Assembly: GCF_006345805.1 (NCBI RefSeq)
Contig: NW_021833814.1
Location: 1 to 53,957 of the forward strand
Direction: 5' to 3'
Source: Octopus sinensis
Taxonomy: Eukaryota
Length of the DNA: 53,957 bases
The notes under the pieces were generated by a model. It searched no databases, had not been told where the DNA came from, and saw nothing but the letters and a program-made list of their open reading frames with translations. This document shows positions 47,888 through 53,957 of this stretch, piece by piece; the stretch's first letter is position 1, and every line of letters begins with the position of its first letter. Made by a program: the position numbers and the translations under genes.

Positions 47888-48233
47888 TCAATGATTTGGG
47901 TTGCCTTTTGCTCTTATGATTTCGTGTGTTAGGAGGATTTGGTTCATTCTATGGTCCTTTTGTAATACAGGAATGTTCTGGAGGATGGTGTCAAAAGCTT
48001 CATTGTTGAGGGGGTTGTGTGTAGAGATGTATGGTAGAGTATGGGGTTTCGATGTAACAGGTTTAGGGCGTCTAAGTTCCTGCGTGCTGAGTTTTAGGGC
48101 GCGTTGGATCCCATTGTCAATTAGTGACGTGGGGTAATCCCTGCTTGTTAATGTGCCCTTGAGTTCTTGTAGACGTAAGAGACGGGTGTTTTTATTGGAG
48201 ACTATAGTGCAAATTCTCTTGGCTAAGTTGTAG
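47888..48233 (-). pseudogene. RT thumb/linker fragment of the Neptune-like PLE
   Basis: PYNLAKRICTIVS..RLQEL..L.SRDYP..LID..I.RA. The first ~25 aa of ORF 47888-48307 come from the inverted arm. Confidence 0.8.
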
Positions 48234-48279
48234 GGAACAATAAGAATTTTCAACAACACTATTTTCGAAAATTCTAAAC

Positions 48280-48490
48280 ATTCACGTGACCTCTTTATTA
48301 TGGCCAATAAGAAATTTTAGGCGGGACACTAGCCAATTTTAACTTCTCTGGAGCCTTTTTTCTTACCCCAACACCAACTTCCATTCAAACATTCACGTGA
48401 CCCCTTCATAATGACCAATCAAAATTTTAGGCGCGAAACCAAGCAAATCCAAAACAACTCTGGAGCCTCTTTTTTTCACATATAAGAGAC
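48280..48490 (+). promoter_or_regulatory. Putative promoter: two ~111-bp subrepeats, each with E-box, CCAAT and E2F/GC-like site
   Basis: CACGTG at 48283 and 48394, CCAAT at 48304 and 48415, GGCGGGA at ~48320, GGCGCGAAA at 48430, TATA-like tataag at ~48481. Motif matches only. Confidence 0.4.
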
Positions 48491-48550
48491 AGCAAACCCA
48501 ACATAAAGTCAGATAAGAGGAAAAATTCTATAAGAAAGGAACTCTAATCT

Positions 48551-48600
48551 CTCTTTTATATTTTGATAAGCATAACAAATGCGCAACCGGTAAAAAGAAC
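48551..48600 (+). ncRNA. Variant hammerhead-like motif (U3-A8, C13), copy 2
   Basis: tt-TTGATAA-gcat-aacaa-atgc-GCAA-ccgg-TA-aaaaga: 4-bp stem II with a G-C closing pair, palindromic ACCGGU stem III, GUA triplet. Confidence 0.5.
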
Positions 48601-48699
48601 TTTCACCTAATTAAATTACTTAAATTACTTCAATTATTTGTCAGCATTTTCTTCATTTCCTTTTTATATATCACCACTCGTGTTCGACATCTCCTTTTT

Positions 48700-48711
48700 T
48701 TAAATATATAT

Positions 48712-48800
<89 letters not shown>
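48700..48800. repeat. (TA)n + (GA)n microsatellite
   Basis: Seen directly. Confidence 0.95.
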
Positions 48801-49396
48801 CAGATTGTAACATAGATAAATATATAGACAGAAATAGATAGAGTCAGAAGAATAGACATACCAACTACCAAACACCTAGAAAGATAGACTGCTTGATAGC
48901 TCGATAGATATATAGATAAATAGATAGATGCTTATGTTTTTTTATTGCTAGTCATCACTCATTTTGTCCATTTTATGTTTCTCACCTGTACTGCCCTTTG
49001 TAAAGAATTAGCAAACTGAGCTGTTTTGCAATAAAGGCTTGAATGGATTGAGAGCCATATGATAAACTGGTGAAGGAAGCATGGATTTAAACTCTGCCTT
49101 ATTAGTTGCTCATTGGTGAAATAGCATAAAAAATATTGTTTATGGTTAAGATTTCTTAATTAATATCAGTTTCTATATTAGTGTATGCATCTTTAGTGAA
49201 ATGATGATGAACTCTCTTACAATATGACTATGTGAATTGCTGAAATTATGGTATATTGTAAATTTCACGAATATTTGAATGACAGGAAAGCTATCCTGTT
49301 TCCTAACATGCAGATTTATTTTTCCCAAGTCATTTGATTAATTGGTCATGTTTGTAAAACAGGGGAATGCCTCAAATTTTAGAGGAAGTGGTTAAT

Positions 49397-49562
49397 TGAT
49401 TAAATTGATCTTATTACTTGACTTGCACTTTTTTTATCAACGATGAAAGGAAGAGAAACAAAGTTAGCCTCAACAGGATTTGAAACTAGAATATAAAGAG
49501 CTGGTAGAAATATTGGAAGGTATTTTGCCAGCACTCTAACAATTGTGCCTCTCCACCATCTT
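49397..49562 (-). mobile_element. Old degenerate SINE family 1 copy
   Basis: Loosely colinear with 7200-7357 (gaaagga..aaagtt.gcctc..aggatttgaa..agaa..taaag..gtatttt.gcc.gca.tctaac). Confidence 0.55.
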
Positions 49563-50294
49563 AAGTTTAATAGAATAAAATCTGTGAATGAATTTTGATG
49601 AATTTCTTGTGTAGTTTTAATGAAAGTTGGTCTCACATTGCTTGCATTTATATCTTTCCTGAGACATGTAAAAGTTTCCATTTGTATAATACTTGGCTGC
49701 TTGTCACTTCAAATAAAGAGTAGTGAACTGATATTAAAGCCAAAATTTTCCTTTCGCTACTATTAGGATGTTTTTCATTTTTACTTTCAGGGTAAAAAAT
49801 GAATGATTACACTTATTGGTTTACATGCGAACTTTCGTTTATTTTATATCCTTCTATATGTTGGATATGCAAATTTCACGAAGCAGGGATAGACACAACT
49901 GTCTTCACACAACCTACTTCAGATTACTCCACTAAACACAATACTCTAATAAATAGAAACTCTGAACAATGTCAACAACTTCCATGAACTCCCAATGACT
50001 CTCTTTGTCTCAACCAATATGCTAATTTTTTTATAAGAGTTTTGCTAGTCCATTCTTCCAATCCCATAGGGGTGCCAATGACTCTCACCACAACAGTTTA
50101 TACATGTATAATTTACCAAAACAAGTATCCCCATGCGAAGCTTCACCTGTATGTAAGTACATAACTTTTTTGTTAATTTAAGTTTTCTGTTAGTTAACCA
50201 TAGCTGTTTGTAAATTGAACACCTGTTCTCTGTGTATATTGAACAATTTCCATAAGATATATATGTTTGCAAATGTAAAATATGTTTGTTTCCC

Positions 50295-50430
50295 AATGCC
50301 ATGGTTTAGGATCTAGTTCTACTGTGTGGCATTTTGGGCAAGAGTCTTCGACTATAGGTAGAGATCAACAAATGCATTTTTAGTGAAAGTGGTTGATGGG
50401 AACTATATGAAGCTTATTGCATGTGTGTGT
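50295..50430 (+). mobile_element. Old degenerate SINE family 2 head
   Basis: actgtgtggcattttgggcaagagtcttcgactatag resembles the reverse complement of 45040-45100. Confidence 0.55.
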
Positions 50431-50559
50431 ATACACCATATCAATTATGTGATGCATGTTATAGGTAACTGTTGACAAAAAGTGCAAAATACTCATTGAA
50501 AAATCAAAATAATTAGAGTAATGTCAAGAAGGGATGTGGAATGGATAGTGAAAGGTCTG

Positions 50560-51140
50560 GCTTGGAAGGTGTCCCACAGTATTGCAGCCTGTGCCTATGT
50601 GTCATCTTGCTACTGCAAAAGAGTACAGACCATTGAATGTTTGTGAAATATTGGCATCTAAGATTATGAACTCTTTGGATTTAGTGATTACCTTGATGTC
50701 AGTGAGATTGCCATTGTCAAACAAGAGATTTGTTACCTTAGTAAGTGTCTACCCTCCAACCATGTGTTCCTCTGAAGAGAAAAAAAGACTAATATTTTAT
50801 CTTTCATGAAAAAAGCTTCTGTGCAGTGTTCTTTCTGCTTATAAAATCTTCATACTTGGTGATTTGAATGAAAGCATTTGCAGAGATAAAAAAGTTTGGG
50901 ATATAATTGGGAAACATGAAGCCAGAAAATGCAATAGTAATGGCTTGTTTAGTACTGCAAATGTGTTCGATTTTTGCATATACTGGGTAACTGTCAATCT
51001 CCTAGTGTGGAGCATGCTGTATTTGAGCACCAAATATGTGGGAGTATTTATGTGATCAAGATGAAAGGCAATTAGGTCTCTCATTAATTTCTGTTTGGTG
51101 AGTTGGCCCTGAGGAAAAATCTAGGAACAAATTGAAATTA
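50560..51140 (+). mobile_element. Degenerate RTE-type LINE, APE domain fragment
   Basis: LMSVRLPLSNKRFVTLVSVYPPT, ILGDLN, IGKH..RKCNSNG, typical of RTE APE. Confidence 0.7.
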
Positions 51141-51559
51141 AGGCATGAATGCATTAGAGACACTTAGAGGATCTAGATCAAATTAGAGAAAGTGAAAACA
51201 TCACAAAGTTTTTGATGGAAGAAATTGGTTCATGTTGGAATGAGTGAATTTGAATGAATGTCAATAAAATCTTAGTGTGCATGAAAAGCTTGAGAGAGAT
51301 TTTTGAAAAGGTCTTAATATTAATGTTTCCATTGTGTTTTGCTTCAAAAACTACATAGACATGACAGAATTAAATAGACATCCTTATAATTGTTAAAATT
51401 TATTTAAGTTATTTATTATTATTATAATGTGAATATCTAATATTTAGTAGACAGGCTCCTTGCATTTTTGAATGCAAGGACCCTAGCAGGCATGCTACTG
51501 ATCTGATGAATATTCTCTTCATGATTTTCTTGCCAAGTTTCTTGCAGTAATATCAAAAG

Positions 51560-52430
51560 ATCTGGCTTTAAGGATGCTTTCTTTTTCTTTTTAGGAAGTA
51601 TCCCATCCATCATGCCTCAGAGTGTTCAGTAGGGTTCATATCTGGTGATTGGCTTAGCTATGGAAGCTTTTTAATGCCATTCTCTTCCAACCAATCCTGG
51701 GTCTTTTAGTAGTTGTGCAAGAAAGCCCTATCTTCCATAAATAGTGTTATTTAATCATTTTACCCCTGGAGGTTATAGGAAGAAGATTTTTCTATAATAT
51801 GGACACATTTATCTGAGTTTATGTATCCCTCACATTCCACCATTTCTGATTGACTATTGCTCCAAACTGCTCTCCAGACCATCACATGTTTCATTGTTGG
51901 CTGCAATATATTCACGTGAAAATATTGGTGACTGATTCTCCAGACCCACATTCGACCAGTGTCAGAAAATACAGCAAATCTGGATTCATCAGAGAATTTG
52001 ACAGTGTCCCAAAGTGCTAGTGACCTCTCTACCATTTCACTTGTCCAATCTTTTCTCCATTTGATATTGGCTGGTCGAAGCAGTGTCTTCTTTCTTGCTG
52101 CTCTGCCATAATAGCCAATTTTGCAGAGATAACTGACAGCTATTCTGGGATTGACATCAACTTATTCTGCTATATTGGAGGCCTTGCAATGAGGATTATC
52201 TTACACACTTCTCTTAAGAAAGCAAAGTGTTCTGTCAGAGGGCCTTAGTCTACCTGGGTAAGGTGATATGGACTACTTTCCCGTTTAGTGAATTGAAAAA
52301 TTACTCTATTTACTGTAGAAAGTGGAATCACAATGTTTTCTGTGGTTTTAGGCTAAGTCAGCCTTGAAATAGGCGCAGCATATGGCCTCTTTGTAAATTG
52401 GACATTTTTATGGCTTCTTTTGTACATGGC
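51560..52430 (-). mobile_element. Degenerate Tc1/mariner transposase relic
   Basis: W..VKFSDESRF, FMED.A, WLEENGI..LP..SQSPDMNP.EH (DD34E-type motifs). No TIRs recognised. Confidence 0.85.
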
Positions 52431-53300
52431 ATGATTAAACAGTTACATATAGAACCTGAAACATATAAATGTCAATTAATAAAAAAAATATAAACCTCTT
52501 CAAGTTATAATAACCATAAAACAATGTGTTAATGGGTATCTATTTACTTTTGTCATGTTTGTGTACAAATGTATCATTTGTTAGAACTGCACTTTGAAAG
52601 AAAAAAGAAAACCTTTAGTAGAAAATTAGCATTAGCTACGACAACGTTACCCAACTATTAAATCTTATATTTTCAAACTCATGCTAGGATGGAAAAATGA
52701 ACGTAGGTATGAGACTTATTTTTACACATGTATTGATGCATATAAAACATGAAATTATGTTGTCTACATACTTAATACTTGCAATTAATTCATTGTAAGA
52801 ACATAGAATTTTGACAGGTTTTCTTGAGTTGTTGCTCATCTACAATAATCTGATAAGTTTGAGGTTATTGTTGGTTGCATAAGATTGTCATTGAATTTTC
52901 TCTCGACAGAAATATCTAATCATTTTATCCATACTAGCATGGGTTGTGTGTGTCATGTTGATATCTGTTTCAGTTTAATTCCCTCTGCAATAGTTTCTTT
53001 TTTTGTGTTTATGCAATATTGTACTTTCATAAAATACAGTCGTCTCTTGCCTTACACAGTATTCTGTTTCTTAGTTTCACTTTAGCACAATTTTACTCAT
53101 TTTCCTCTATTTGTTTCTTTTTGTTTTTGTTTTTACAAATATAGAAGTAGTAATTGCTTCAGTTTCTCATTATATTCTGTTAAATATTTTGAATTTGAAA
53201 TATTAAAATTGATTTCACTGGAAATGAAAATTCAATGTATAAAATTAACTTTAAACTAGATGTTCAGCATAAAATGCAAAAGTTTTACAAAAAGAATTGT

Positions 53301-53957
53301 CATCATCATTTAATGTCCATTATCTATGCTGGCTTGGGTTGGACAGTTTCATCAGAGCTGGTAAGCTGAGGGTCTGCAGCAGACTCAGTCTGATTTGTCA
53401 TTGTTTCTATGGCTGGATGCCCTTCTTAACATCAAGCACTCCATGAGTGTTGTGGGCAGGGGTTGTGAAAAAATTAATTGATGGGAAATTAATTACAATA
53501 TATTGTCTTCTAAGGCACGGCATGTCATGAAAGGTGTCGGTCATTAGTCATTGCCTTTATAAGTTTCAACAGTCAAAGATCATGCATTACCACCTTGTCC
53601 AATGCCTTCTTATGTCTGCTTCTTCTGCCATGTAGCATAGTTGTCTGCACAGGTATAATAAATCTGGCTTTCACTCTGAAGAGAGACCCTTAGTTACCAA
53701 ACAGAGGAAGGAGCTCTCTGAATTTGCTCAGCCTATTTTTATTCTTGCAGCCACACACATCCACCTCTGCTACTGACTTTGTTGCTCAACAATCTTTATC
53801 GTACTCCTCTGGTATTTGATGAAGCCCATTTTCTGTACACTTTTAGTGTTTACTGTACATGTGCACCTTCCACATATAAAATATATTTTCCCAGTTTACC
53901 TTCCTCTGATATTGCTACACCTATTATGTGTTATACAGAGTACATCTACCTACCTAT
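53301..53957 (-). mobile_element. Old degenerate RTE LINE with internal deletions and (GAT)n tail
   Basis: 53301-53457 matches the 3' end of 37372-38117; 53520-53630 matches 37480-37600; 53640-53780 encodes decayed VAARIKIG..LVTKGLS. Confidence 0.7.

Larger units (their letters stand above)
46553..48670 (-). mobile_element. 5'-truncated Neptune-like Penelope element with inverted terminal copy
   Basis: Thumb region PYNLAKRI, Cys linker CNRPNCGIC, GIY-YIG FTCASENLVYVLTCSGCNEHYIGQT..LRQRMTVH. Termini are inverted repeats at 46553-46988 and 48235-48670. Confidence 0.9.
48235..48670 (+). repeat. Right arm of ~436-bp inverted repeat
   Basis: See left arm. Confidence 0.97.

Noticed and set aside
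51457-51480. 10-bp hairpin (tccttgcatt/aatgcaagga) as a Tc1 TIR; similar hairpin at 11499-11521
   Set aside because: They are local hairpins with no partner at the other end of the element; short inverted repeats of this size arise by chance in 54 kb.

Overview
Eukaryotic, AT-rich, almost entirely repetitive DNA. The SINE, RTE and Dong-like families resemble those of an octopod cephalopod; this assignment is from recall and was not checked by a search. I found no convincing host protein-coding gene, rRNA, tRNA gene or CRISPR array. From left to right: (1) a decayed Penelope-like element (PLE) with an inverted 5' segment (~1.0-2.1 kb); (2) a decayed, near full-length CR1/L2-type LINE with a nested SINE (~3.0-7.5 kb); (3) a 32-bp minisatellite carrying AP-1/CNC-Maf sites (10.8-11.1 kb); (4) a 13-kb cluster of R4/Dong-like RT+REL retrotransposons from about four families in (TAA)n arrays, always oriented with the microsatellite strand (12.4-25.7 kb); (5) a possible non-autonomous Helitron; (6) a ~120-bp tandem repeat running into an 87-bp satellite of ~57 monomers with higher-order structure, interrupted by three CR1-type insertions and ended by an RTE (27.5-38.1 kb); (7) a near-complete RT+GIY-YIG PLE with a minimal hammerhead ribozyme downstream (39.8-43.2 kb); (8) a Neptune-like PLE with ~436-bp near-identical inverted termini, each carrying a duplicated E-box/CCAAT/E2F module and a non-canonical hammerhead-like motif with a compensatory U3-A8 core pair (46.6-48.7 kb); (9) old SINE, RTE and Tc1 relics. 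Boundaries were read by eye and are approximate for degenerate elements.
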